DNA of 59,915 nucleotides, the filler included. It is 6 parts of 6 records of this genome, joined end to end, with 100 filler letters (N's around TTAATTAATTAA, not from the genome) between each part and the next. Parts side by side here need not be neighbours in the genome. Positions count along the whole stretch, not along the records: positions 29,325 to 41,663 come from SRR31156797_24104; positions 41,764 to 48,449 come from SRR31156797_24112; positions 48,550 to 59,915 come from SRR31156797_24114; 3 more parts are not named here. One strand, written 5' to 3'. Shown here piece by piece: positions 41,030 through 51,339 of the stretch. The translations under genes were made by a program, and so were the position numbers. Numbering within the stretch: the first letter of the stretch is position 1; each line of letters starts with the position of its first letter. A model generated the notes under the pieces. It made no database searches. It worked only from the letters and a program-made list of their open reading frames with translations, and was not told where the DNA came from.

Positions 41030-41663
41030 CTAAAAATCCTGAAAATCGTCATCATCCATGGGGATGACCTGATCCGGGGTCACCTCCTTTGCCTTATTTC
41101 CCAACAGCTTGGGGGGGCCGGCCTTTTTCCCGGCTGGGGCAGGGGTGGAGGACGCCGGCGACGCCATGGCGGGTTTGCCCCCTGTTTTCAAAGACGGGCC
41201 TTCCTTTTTTTCGGCCCCACCGACCATGGCCATCAACTCGTCCGAAACGGATTTCATCTGCTCGGCCTGGGAGTTCATCTCTTCCGAGGCGGATGCGGTC
41301 TCCTCGGCATTGGCCGCATTCTGCTGAACAATCCTGTCCATTTCGGCAATGGCTTTATTGATCTGTTCAATTCCCTGGGCCTGCTCCCCCGACGCGGCCG
41401 AGATCTCCCCCACCAGCTCACCCACCTTTTGGGCGCTTTCCGCCACCTGGGCAAAGGCGTCATTGGTCGTGGTCACAAGCCCGGAGCCCTCATTCACCTT
41501 TTTCACGGTGCCCTCGATGAGGTCTGCCGTGTTCCTGGCGGCATCGGCGGCGCGGATGGCAAGGTTCCGCACTTCATCCGCCACAACGGCGAACCCCGCC
41601 CCGGCTTCACCGGCACGGGCGGCCTCCACTGCGGCATTCAATGCCAGAAGGTTGGTCTGGAAG
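41030..41663 (-). CDS. Methyl-accepting chemotaxis protein, C-terminal part
   Basis: [34 protein letters not shown] signalling hairpin; ends DDDDFQDF; 5' cut by the linker. Confidence 0.95.
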
Positions 41664-41763
41664 NNNNNNNNNNNNNNNNNNNNNNNNNNNNNNNNNNNNN
41701 NNNNNNNTTAATTAATTAANNNNNNNNNNNNNNNNNNNNNNNNNNNNNNNNNNNNNNNNNNNN
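41664..41763. other. Artificial contig linker
   Basis: N44-TTAATTAATTAA-N44. Confidence 0.98.
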
Positions 41764-44700
41764 TCTTCCAGATCCCTGATGATCCGGGAAGCGGATTCCC
41801 GAAACTCTTTCATCAGCCGAACCAGCGTATCCAGTTCCCCTTCCATGCTGCCGTCGGCCGGAGCCAGGCGATGGATACGCTCGGCCGCAGACTGTATCCC
41901 GGAGGCCCCGATATTCCCGGAGATGCCTTTCAGGGTATGGGCCGCCCGGCGCAGGGCGTTCAGATCCTTCTCGCCCCGGGCCCTTTCGATCCCGGCCATA
42001 AGCGCTGAACTCTCATCGACAAAGCTTTTAAGAATCCTGAGGAAAACGGAGCTGTTTCCGCCCACCCGCCTCAGCCCCGCCTCCAGAAAGGCGGCGTCAC
42101 AGGAGGCAGGCTCCGGACCGTCCGCACAGGAGGCGCCTTCCGGGTCCTCCCTGAAGCATTCGGGGATGCCGCGGTCTCCGGGAGTGATGAAGTTGATAAG
42201 AGCCGTGTAGAGTTCACCGGGCTGTACGGGTTTTGTGATATGGTGGTTCATTCCGGCGTCCAGACTCTTCTCCCTGTCTCCGCTCATGGCATGGGCGGTC
42301 ATAGCGACGATGGGAACGCTGCTCTTCCCGGGGTCATCAAACGCCCTGATCCTGCGGGTCGCCTCCAGCCCGTCCATAAGGGGCATCTGAATGTCCATCA
42401 GGATGAGATCGTAGCTTTCCGATTCCGCCAGCTCCACAGCCCGGCTGCCGTCGGAGGCCACGGTCACATCGGCATAGACCTTCTTCAGCAGCTCCGTCGC
42501 CACCAGCTGGTTGACCTCGCTGTCTTCGGCAAGGAGGATACGGGCGCCCTGGATATTCCTCATCAGATGGGGTTCCATGTTCACGCCCCTCTGCTCAGGC
42601 CTCCCGCGGGCGCCAGGCTCTTCCCCGTGGAAAAGCGCCATGATCGTATCGAACAGGAGGGAAGGCGCCACAGGTTTGGTCAGAAGCCCCGCTATTCCGG
42701 CATCGGCCGTTCGGGACTCGACATCGCTGCGGGAAAAGACCGAAGCCATCAGCAGCTTCGGGACGGGACTCCCTGCCTCCTGTTCCCGCATCAGGGCCGC
42801 GGTTTCCAGGCCGTCCAGGCCCGGCATCTTCCAGTCCAGGAGAATAAGATCCGGCGCCCGGTCGTCCCGGTCCATCCGGGCCAGAGCCTCTTCCCCCGAA
42901 TGAGCCACTTCGCAGTGAAACGACATCGACTCCAGAGCCTGCTTCAGCACCTCCAGGGATCTGCTATTGTCGTCCACCACCAGAACCCGCAGCCCCTTCA
43001 GATCGGGGGGAGCCGAGAACGTCCGATCTTCACGCGGCTGCCGGTCCTGATGAAACCGGGCTGTGAAGCTGAAGACGCTGCCCTCACCGGGAACGCTGCT
43101 GACGCTGATATCACCGCCCATCAGGCGGGAGAGCCTCCGGCAGATAGCCAGCCCCAGCCCCGTCCCGCCGTAGCGTCTTGTCGTGGAGACATCCGCCTGA
43201 CCGAAGGCGCTGAAGAGGCCGCTGATCTGTTCTGCGGTCAGCCCGATACCTGTGTCAGACACGGAGAAGCGGAGCAGAAGCTCATCCCCTTTCCCCGACT
43301 CCCGTTCGGCGCGGACGACGACCTCCCCCTCCTCCGTAAATTTGATGGCGTTGGAAACCAGATTCAGAAGGATCTGATTCAGCCGGAAGGGATCCCCGAT
43401 AAGACAGTCCGGAACGTCGCTGCGGATGTCGTAGATCAGCTCCAGATTCCTGTCCTCCGCACGGAGGGAGGCCAGGCCGGAGAGCCTGTCAAAGACCTCC
43501 GCCATGCGGAAGGGAACGCTCTCAAGCTCCATGCGCCCCGCCTCGATCTTTGAGAAATCGAGTATGTCGTTGATCAGACGCAGCAGCACATAGGCCGATG
43601 ACTCGATCTTGCCCACAAACTCTCTCTGCCGCCGGTTCAGTTCCGTATCAAGCACGAGCCCGCTGAGCCCTATGATGGCGTTCATGGGTGTGCGGATCTC
43701 ATGGCTCATCCTGGCCAGGAAACTGCTCTTGGCCTCATTCGCCGCGTCCGCCTCCTCCCAGGCCTTGACCAGAGAGGCCTCCATCTCCTTGCGGGACCGG
43801 ATATCCTCGAAGGTGGCGATGACCTCTGATTCCGAGCTGCCGGACACGGGATTGAAGATACAGCGCAGCTCCAGGGGCTCTGAAACTCTCCGAAGCATCA
43901 CCGCCCCCTCGAATACGGACCGGCTCCCTTCCCTGGCGGTTTTATATCCATGGGAGAGCGAGGAGTCCTGAAACAGTTCGTCCATGGCCTTTCCCGCCAC
44001 ATCGCCGTGATCCAATCCCAGAAGGCGCTCCAGGTTATCGTTGCATACCCGTACCCGCCCCGATGCATCCAGCAGGGCCATGCCTATGGGGGAGGATTCG
44101 AAGATGCTGCGGTTTCGCTTCTCCTTATGGCTGAGGGTCTGCATCCAGATCAGGGCGACGGCCAGGACGAACAGAAAAAGCCCGGTCAGCCTGACCAGCA
44201 GGCCGTAGTCCACGCCGGGTCTGAACTCCGGACCGGTCCATCGCCTGTAGATATCATTGAGTCTTCCCTCATCAAGGGTGCGCAGGGCCTTGTTCAGGAT
44301 CCCCTTGAGGATCCAGTCCTCCCTCCTGAGCCCCAGGGAGAGTCCCAGGGCGTAGGGGGTCTGTCCGGCCACCCGGAGATGCTTGAGCCCCCTGTCACGG
44401 CTCAGATACTCAAAGGAGGGAAGATCCATAAGAACGGCCCTGACCCTGCCCCCCGCAAGATCCGCCAGAGCCTCCGCGCCGGTGGAATAGGAGCTGAGCG
44501 TCAGCCCTGGAAAATCCCTGCTCAGCCGGTCCTCGAGAAAGCTGCCTTCCACAATGCCCAGGGAGTAATCGCTTCCCTCCGCAAGGCGGAGAACCCCCTC
44601 GTCCTTATGGGCTATCAGAAAGAGCTCCTGATGCAGCAGCGGATCGCTGCGGTCCATCAGGGCAAGCCTCTCTTCCCCGGAGGACAGAAGGGGGATCAGA

Positions 44701-46397
44701 TCGATATCCCGGGATTCGAGCTCTCCGGGGGCCGCGCCCTCTTCGCCGGCGGGGATGTATTCGAAATCCAGCTCGGGTATAACATCCAGATGCGCCAGGA
44801 CCTCTCCCACGATTCCGGAGAGCGCCCCCTCCTCATCGCCGAAGGAATAGGGAGGACGGAGGGGACTCCACTTCACCCGCACCGGGCCATGGTTCCGGAG
44901 CCAGAGTTTTTCATCCAGCGAAAAGACCACGCGCGACTCCGAGGCCGTATGGAGGCCCCATTTCGCTTCGATGCCCAGCTGTTCCCTGACCGTGATACTC
45001 CCCAGGGCCTTGTCGATAAGATCCCTTAATACGGGCCAGTCCCGGCGAACCGCAAAGGAGAGGCTCTTCTGAAAATCATCCCCCGGAAAGGGCATGATCT
45101 CAAGATTATCAAGGTGAAACTGCTTCAGATCATAGGACACGGCCCCGTCGTTGCCCACGAAGACATCGATCTCCTCTCGATTCAGGGCCATCAGCCCCTT
45201 CTGGGCCGTCTCGAAAAGGAGGGGGTCCAGGTCCGTATTCTCCTCCAGAAAGCCGTGATGGGAGCTGTTTGTCTGCACCCCCACCCGCAGTTCGCGGAGC
45301 GCCTCAAGGCCGAGAGACTCAAACCTCCCCCGGCGCACGGCCAGGATGCGCCGCCAGTTCAGATAGGAGTCGGAGAACAGAAGATTCTCCTGCCTCTCCC
45401 GGGTGATCCCCACGCAGGGAAGGACATCCAGTTCGCCCCGGAACGCCTTGTTTACGGCGTCGTCCCAGCTCAGATCCGGTTCCACCCTCATCTCAAGTCC
45501 GAGCCTTGCGGCGATAAGGTCCACATAGTCCGCCGCCATACCCCTGTAGCTGCCGCTGTCGTCCACATACTCAAAGGGGATGAATCCGGGATCCACCCCC
45601 AGGCGGACAAGGGGATGCTCCCTGATCCACAGCTCCTCTTCCGGAGTGAGTTCCAGGGGGGGAATGTCAGCGAAGTACCTGCTGTCGGGATCCCGTATCC
45701 AGCGCGCCTCCAGCTCCAGCCACTGCCCGGCGTTTATACTCCGGAACCCTTCGTTGACCAGCTCGATCAGGGGATCCTTCTTTCTCAGCCCGGCGTAGAG
45801 GCTCTTTTCCACCTCCAGCCTGCCGCTGTTGACGATATCGGAGGAGAGCAATCCGCTCAGCAGGACCTGCTCCGTATCCGGAAGCTCTCCGAAATAGCCA
45901 TCCGCCTCGCCCCTTCTCAGGATCTCAATCCCCTCTTTTCCATTGCGGCAGAGGATCAATCGATAGGAAGGGTAGCGCGCCTTCAGGTATTCCGACTGAC
46001 TGCTGTCCCTTACGACTGCGACCTTGAGCTTGTCTCCCGCCGGAGCATCGGCTCTTCTGACATACAGGGCCGAGGAAGTGCTGTAGAGGGGAACGGAATA
46101 GGAGAACTCCCTGGAACGGGAAGCGGTATAGTTCATGCCTCCGTGGATATCCGCCCGCCCGTCCCTGAGGGCGGCGAGACTGTCGTCCCAGTCGGTAATG
46201 AGAAAGGAGAGCACCCTCCCCGTCGTCAGGCCCCAGACCCGCCACATATCCACAAGGAGACCCGCCGGCTCCCCGTCCTCCCGGAGGGCGCTCAGCGGAG
46301 AGTAGTGATCCGGGAGGACGACGGTTACGGGGGCATCGGAAAAAAGGAATGCTCCCTGAAAGAGCAGAACGAGGATGATGAGGCATCGCGTTTTCAC
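41764..46397 (-). CDS. Hybrid sensor histidine kinase (3 periplasmic binding domains-PAS-HisKA-HATPase-2xREC-HPt), BvgS/EvgS-like, 3'-truncated
   Basis: Three SBP_bac_3-like domains, [41 protein letters not shown], two receivers (LLDWKMP, LMDIQMP), HPt AHTLKG. Confidence 0.93.
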
Positions 46398-47032
46398 AGC
46401 GCCCGTCTCTCCTCCATCAATCCTTCTATCCTTTCCAGAGCCTCATCGAAACGGTAGCCCCGGACAAAGGCATCCAGTTCCCGCAGCGCCTTCCCCACCC
46501 TCTCATCCGGTCCCGACGAGATCAGAAGATCAAGGAGCTCCCGGCAGTCCCGGGGCTGCTGGAGATCGACGTACTCTCTCAGGTCTCCCAGCTTTTCCGT
46601 CCATTCCTCATCCGAGAGGGAGAAGGATTTCGTCTTGCCGGTCTCCGACGGGAGGGAAAGATCCAGATCCCGAAGGCGGGCGGTCAGCCCGGTAAAAAGG
46701 GTTTCCGTCTTCCGGATGATCTCCCTGTCCGGGAGAGCTCCGTCTTCCGCTATGCGGAGGATATCGCATTCCAGTAAGCGGAAAGAATCGCTGAGACCGA
46801 GAGCTCCGATGACGGCCGTGGTCCCCCGGAGGGTATGCGCCAGGATCCTGGCTTCTTCCCTCCGCCCGGCGCCGAGGCAGTCCTCCAGCTGGGACATCCC
46901 CTGAGCATCATCCTGGACAAACCGTCTGAGGATCTGGAGAAACAGAGCCAGATCTCCGTTAAGCCGCTCCAGTCCGGAATCCACATCCAGCCCGGCGCTC
47001 CGCAGACTCTCCAGGAGGGAGGCCCTGTTCAT
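46394..47032 (-). CDS. Stand-alone HPt domain protein
   Basis: [12 protein letters not shown]...AHTLRG...IGA; 4-nt overlaps with both neighbours. Confidence 0.85.
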   Translation of the reverse strand: MNRASLLESLRSAGLDVDSGLERLNGDLALFLQILRRFVQDDAQGMSQLEDCLGAGRREEARILAHTLRGTTAVIGALGLSDSFRLLECDILRIAEDGALPDREIIRKTETLFTGLTARLRDLDLSLPSETGKTKSFSLSDEEWTEKLGDLREYVDLQQPRDCRELLDLLISSGPDERVGKALRELDAFVRGYRFDEALERIEGLMEERRAL

Positions 47033-48120
47033 GGCCGGCCCTTAGGGAAGTTCAGAGAGACCGTGGTCCCATGGTCGTCGGGATAGCGGGAGATGTCCTT
47101 CGAGATTATGGACACGCTTCCTCCGTAGGCGGTCATGAATCTCCTGATGAGGGGCATTCCGAATCCGGTCCCCCTCTCCCCGCAGGTTCCCGTGCGGCTG
47201 GCGTTGCGATGCACATGAAAATGATTCTCCAGATCCTCCTCCCGCATGCCCACGCCGTAATCCTGCACATGGAGCAGCACCCGGTCCCCCCTGTCTTCGG
47301 CCCGGATTTCGATGTCCGTTCCCGTGTGGGAGAATTTTATGGCATTGGTCAGTACGTTGTTCAGTACGGAATTCAGAAGGGAGACTCTCTCAGCCTGTAC
47401 GCGCAGTCCCGGGGGAAAGGATAATGAGATCTTCAGATCCTTTCCGTCGAAGAGGGGATGGAGGATCAGGAGAGAGCTTTCCAGACACTCCTGGAGATCG
47501 AGGCTGGTGGTCTTCAGCGCCGAGCAGTTGCAGTCCAGCATCCTGACCATCTGTATAACCTCCGTTCCGTTGCGTACGGAGCTTCGGATATTGTCGAGAT
47601 GGATGCCGTCTCTGACGGAAAGGTCCGCGAAGGAGTGGGACAACGCGCCGATGCTCATAAAGGTATTGGCCAGATCATGGGTAAGGACATGCAGAAGCTC
47701 CCGCTGTTCCTCGTTCTGCTTCTGGATCCTGTCTCTCTTCTCCTTCAGCTCCAGATGGAAATTGACGCGGCTGATCAGTTCATCCACGTCGAAGGGCTTT
47801 GTAATATAATCGGATGCCCCCGATTTGAAACCTTTGACGATCTCGCCCGAATCGGAGAGGACGGTAAGAAAGATAATGGGGACCGATTCAAGCTCCTTCC
47901 GCTTTCTGATCTCGTCGGCCAGGGCGAATCCGTCCATCTCGGGCATGAGGATGTCCAGAAGGATGATATCCGGGGAGACCTTGTCCAGCAGGGACAGGGC
48001 GCCCTCTCCATTGGTGGCGACGCTGACGTTGTGTTCGCGACCGAAGCATCCGATGATGATGTCCCCGTTGGCGGGGGAATCATCAACGGCGAGGATTCTC
48101 ATTTTTTTCTTATGGCTCAT
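47029..48120 (-). CDS. Hybrid receiver-histidine kinase
   Basis: REC (ILAVDD, LLDILMP, DYITKP), H-box THDLAN, NAIKFS, DYGVG, GTGFG. Confidence 0.9.
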   Translation of the reverse strand: MSHKKKMRILAVDDSPANGDIIIGCFGREHNVSVATNGEGALSLLDKVSPDIILLDILMPEMDGFALADEIRKRKELESVPIIFLTVLSDSGEIVKGFKSGASDYITKPFDVDELISRVNFHLELKEKRDRIQKQNEEQRELLHVLTHDLANTFMSIGALSHSFADLSVRDGIHLDNIRSSVRNGTEVIQMVRMLDCNCSALKTTSLDLQECLESSLLILHPLFDGKDLKISLSFPPGLRVQAERVSLLNSVLNNVLTNAIKFSHTGTDIEIRAEDRGDRVLLHVQDYGVGMREEDLENHFHVHRNASRTGTCGERGTGFGMPLIRRFMTAYGGSVSIISKDISRYPDDHGTTVSLNFPKGRP

Positions 48121-48237
48121 AGCTTTAGCCCCATGTTCATTCTATCTGCGCCTACCATAGTCCAGGACTTGAATTCTAGGGGAAAAACGATAAAAATCAA
48201 ATAGAATAGTATATTTAGGATTACAAAAGGATGAAAA

Positions 48238-48449
48238 ATGGCAGTCGGAGAGAAAAAAAGCCTGCTCATAGTGGATGATGCCAGAGCCAATATTGATTTT
48301 CTTGTGGGAGCGTTAGGCGAAAAGTTCAGAATAGGGGTAGCCCTGAATGGAGAAAACGCCCTGAAATTGGCCCTCAAAAACAGGCCCGATCTGATTCTGC
48401 TGGATGTGATCATGCCCGGCATGGACGGTTTCGAAGTCTGCCGGCGGCT
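48238..48449 (+). CDS. Response regulator receiver protein, 3'-truncated
   Basis: LLIVDD...PDLILLDVIMPGMDGFEVC; runs into the linker. Confidence 0.88.
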
Positions 48450-48549
48450 NNNNNNNNNNNNNNNNNNNNNNNNNNNNNNNNNNNNNNNNNNNNTTAATTA
48501 ATTAANNNNNNNNNNNNNNNNNNNNNNNNNNNNNNNNNNNNNNNNNNNN
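48450..48549. other. Artificial contig linker
   Basis: N44-TTAATTAATTAA-N44. Confidence 0.98.
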
Positions 48550-48550
48550 C

Positions 48551-49039
48551 ATTGATAACATGTGTATGCAAATGGTTATTAACCCTAAGCAGTTTGAAGT
48601 AATTGTTACAACTAATCTTTATGGAGATATTTTATCTGACCTTGCTGCCGGATTAATCGGTGGTTTAGGAATGGCTCCTGGAGCAAATATTGGAGAAGAT
48701 ATTGCAATATTTGAAGCAGTACATGGAAGTGCACCTGATATTGCAGGACAGAACAAAGCTAATCCAACTGCTCTTATCTTATCAGCAATTGGAATGTTAA
48801 GACACTTAGGTGAACATAATAAAGCTCAAGTTGTATTAGATGCGATTAGTGCAGTATTAAAAGAAGGAAAAGCTTTAACTGGAGATCTTGGCGGGATGGC
48901 TTCGACTACAGAGATTACTGAAGCTTATGTTGGAAAAATAAAAGAAATTATGGGAGACAGTGTAGAGACTGAACTTTTTAGCGGGGCTATGAAAATGACA
49001 TCCGAAGTTAATGACTTCGCTGGATCATTAGCTGAATAG
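48551..49039 (+). CDS. icd: Isocitrate dehydrogenase (NAD-type, IDH/IMDH family), C-terminal part
   Basis: [41 protein letters not shown]; adjacency to citrate synthase favours icd over leuB. Confidence 0.8.
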   Translation: MDNMCMQMVINPKQFEVIVTTNLYGDILSDLAAGLIGGLGMAPGANIGEDIAIFEAVHGSAPDIAGQNKANPTALILSAIGMLRHLGEHNKAQVVLDAISAVLKEGKALTGDLGGMASTTEITEAYVGKIKEIMGDSVETELFSGAMKMTSEVNDFAGSLAE

Positions 49040-49076
49040 GGCGGTTAAAAGAGTGTTTGTTAAGGAGGATATACAA

Positions 49077-50429
49077 ATGATTAATAGAAGCGAATATCTA
49101 TTAAATCGATTAGCCGAAACTGCAGAAGAATACAACACAATTAATCCAAAGTATTATGATCTTTATGATGTTAAAAGGGGTCTAAGAAATAAAAACGGAA
49201 CTGGTGTTTTAGTTGGGTTAACAGAAATTGGATCGGTTCATGGTTATTTAATAGAAGAAGGCGAAAAACTTTCTGTTGAAGGAAAGCTTTTTTATAGGGG
49301 TATTGAATTAAGAGAATTCGTAACAGGATTTCAATCTGATAAAAGATTTGGATTTGAGGAGTGCGCATATCTTTTATTACTTGGAAAGTTACCTACAAAA
49401 GATCAATTAGCAGATTTTAATACAGTATTGGGTGAGTATAGAAGTTTACCTGATAACTTTACAGAAAACTTTTTATTAAAATTGCCTAGTAAAGATATAA
49501 TGAATCAGCTTCAGAGAAGTGTTTTATTCTTATACTCTGAAGATGATAAAGCAGATTATATTGGTATAAGAAATTTACTTGAACAAAGTATTAAACTAAT
49601 TGCAAGATTTCCAACTATATTAGCTTATGGTTATCAAGCAAAAGTTCATAATTTCGATAATGAAAGTTTATTTATTCATTCACCTAAAAAAGAACTTAGT
49701 ACTGCAGAAAATATTCTGCATATGAGTAGAGCTGATTCTAAATATTCTAAAACTGAAGCTGAAGTATTAGATTTATGTCTTGTAATTCACGCTGAACATG
49801 GTGGAGGAAATAACTCAGCATTTGCAACTCATGTTGTTTCATCGAGTGGAACAGATACATACTCTGCAATCTCGAGTGCTATTGGTTGCTTAAAGGGACC
49901 AAAACATGGTGGAGCAAATAAAATGGTTAAAAAAATGGTTGATGACATAAAGTTACATGTTAAAGATTACTCAAATGAAAAAAAATTAAAAGAGTATTTA
50001 AGAAAAATTCTTAAAAAGGAAGCTTTTAATAAACAAGGTCTAATTTATGGAATGGGTCATGCTGTTTATACATTATCGGACCCTAGAGCTGAATTATTGA
50101 GAGAAAAAGCTAAAGAGTTAGCTGAAGAAAAAGGTTGCCTTAAAGACTTTAATTTATATAAAAATATAGAAAAATTAACAAAAGAATTATTTCAAGAAAT
50201 AAGAGGTAAAAATGCCGTTATTTGTTCTAATGTTGATCTTTACTCAGGTCTAGTATATGAGATGCTAAATATTCCTGAAGAACTTTTCACACCTTTATTT
50301 GCTGCTGCAAGAGTAACAGGTTGGTGTGCACATAGAATTGAACAGATCATGAGTGACAAAAAAATTATCAGACCTGCATATAAAAATGTATCACCAATAT
50401 CTGATTATACGCATATATCTGATAGATAA
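49077..50429 (+). CDS. gltA: Citrate synthase (Si-type; methylcitrate synthase not excluded)
   Basis: HAEHGGGNNS, GPKHGGAN, GMGHAVY..SDPRA, NVDLYSG, FAAAR..GW.AH, RPAY; ATG 49077 after AAGGAGG. Confidence 0.88.
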   Translation: MINRSEYLLNRLAETAEEYNTINPKYYDLYDVKRGLRNKNGTGVLVGLTEIGSVHGYLIEEGEKLSVEGKLFYRGIELREFVTGFQSDKRFGFEECAYLLLLGKLPTKDQLADFNTVLGEYRSLPDNFTENFLLKLPSKDIMNQLQRSVLFLYSEDDKADYIGIRNLLEQSIKLIARFPTILAYGYQAKVHNFDNESLFIHSPKKELSTAENILHMSRADSKYSKTEAEVLDLCLVIHAEHGGGNNSAFATHVVSSSGTDTYSAISSAIGCLKGPKHGGANKMVKKMVDDIKLHVKDYSNEKKLKEYLRKILKKEAFNKQGLIYGMGHAVYTLSDPRAELLREKAKELAEEKGCLKDFNLYKNIEKLTKELFQEIRGKNAVICSNVDLYSGLVYEMLNIPEELFTPLFAAARVTGWCAHRIEQIMSDKKIIRPAYKNVSPISDYTHISDR

Positions 50430-50453
50430 ACTAAAGAATATAAACATTTGACT

Positions 50454-50490
50454 AGACAAGGAATTAATTTTATAATTCCTTGTCTTTTTT
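50454..50490 (+). terminator. Rho-independent terminator
   Basis: AGACAAGGAATTA-N6-TAATTCCTTGTCT plus T-tract. Confidence 0.8.
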
Positions 50491-50559
50491 ATTTTCTCAC
50501 AATTATTAATTATTTTAATATTACAAACTCACTTTTTTTTAATATAGGTATCAATAGTA

Positions 50560-50580
50560 CACTTTTTCATTGAAAAAGTG
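50560..50580. promoter_or_regulatory. Perfect 21-bp dyad, candidate regulator site
   Basis: CACTTTTTCA-T-TGAAAAAGTG upstream of a -35 element. Confidence 0.4.
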
Positions 50581-50613
50581 ATGTAAAAGCATGTTTTAAA
50601 TAAACATTTACTA

Positions 50614-50642
50614 TTGCATCTATGCTAATATTATAGTATAAT
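50614..50642 (+). promoter_or_regulatory. Sigma70-type promoter
   Basis: TTGCAT-N17-TATAAT. Confidence 0.65.
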
Positions 50643-50707
50643 ATTATTGAATGTAGATGTCTATTTCTGTATTTAAATCCTATTTTCAAACAAAGGAGGT
50701 GCGAGAA

Positions 50708-51172
50708 ATTAAGAAAATAGTTTTAATTTTAATAGTAATTTTTATTTCAGCTTGTAGTTCTTCACAAAAGGGAAATGGAAATGATAGTTTATTTGGTTAT
50801 GACAACGAAGGCTACAATTTAGCTGGCTTTAATTATGAAGGTATCAACAGGGATACAGGGACGGAGTTTGACAAAGAGGGTTATAATGTTAAAGGATATA
50901 ATAGTAACGGGATAAATAGAGAGGGTTATGATATTGAAGGATATCATAAAAAATGGAGTATTTATTTTTCTAAAGCAGAATTCATGGAATTTGGTGATAG
51001 AAAAAAAATAGCCTTAAAATCTGGGAGTTTAATTTTGGGTATGACTAAAACTGAGGTTCTGGCAACTATAGGAGAACCTAAGAACATACTTCAGGAAAAA
51101 AATACTGAAATATGGCAATATGATAATTATGCACTAAAATTTGAAAATGAAATGCTTATTCACACAAGCTAA
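50708..51172 (+). CDS. Lipoprotein with G[YF][DN]xx repeats and SmpA/BamE-like C-terminus; probable ATT start
   Basis: AAGGAGGT-N7-ATT gives (M)KKIVLILIVIFISA-C lipobox, a repeat block, then GMTKTEV...GEP...EIWQY. The ORF track starts at ATG 50657. Confidence 0.7.
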   Translation: MKKIVLILIVIFISACSSSQKGNGNDSLFGYDNEGYNLAGFNYEGINRDTGTEFDKEGYNVKGYNSNGINREGYDIEGYHKKWSIYFSKAEFMEFGDRKKIALKSGSLILGMTKTEVLATIGEPKNILQEKNTEIWQYDNYALKFENEMLIHTS

Positions 51173-51228
51173 TAAAATAGGAGGTTTCCATAGTGGAAAC
51201 TTCCTATTTTATTAGCTTGTGTTTTTTT
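51162..51228 (+). terminator. Very long (29-bp) hairpin terminator
   Basis: ACACAAGCTAATAAAATAGGAGGTTTCCA-TAG-TGGAAACTTCCTATTTTATTAGCTTGTGT plus T-tract. Confidence 0.75.
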
Positions 51229-51254
51229 ATTACTTTAAAAGTAAAGAATTTTTA

Positions 51255-51283
51255 TTGAATTTTAAGAATCATAAACGTATAAT
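51255..51283 (+). promoter_or_regulatory. Sigma70-type promoter for tlpA-ccdA
   Basis: TTGAAT-N17-TATAAT. Confidence 0.6.
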
Positions 51284-51339
51284 AATATATAATTAGATAT
51301 AAATCAAAACAAATAATTATACTATGAGGAGTGATTTAA

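Noticed and set aside
42240-46457. 437-, 359- and 447-aa plus-strand ORFs
   Set aside because: Antisense shadows of the hybrid kinase.
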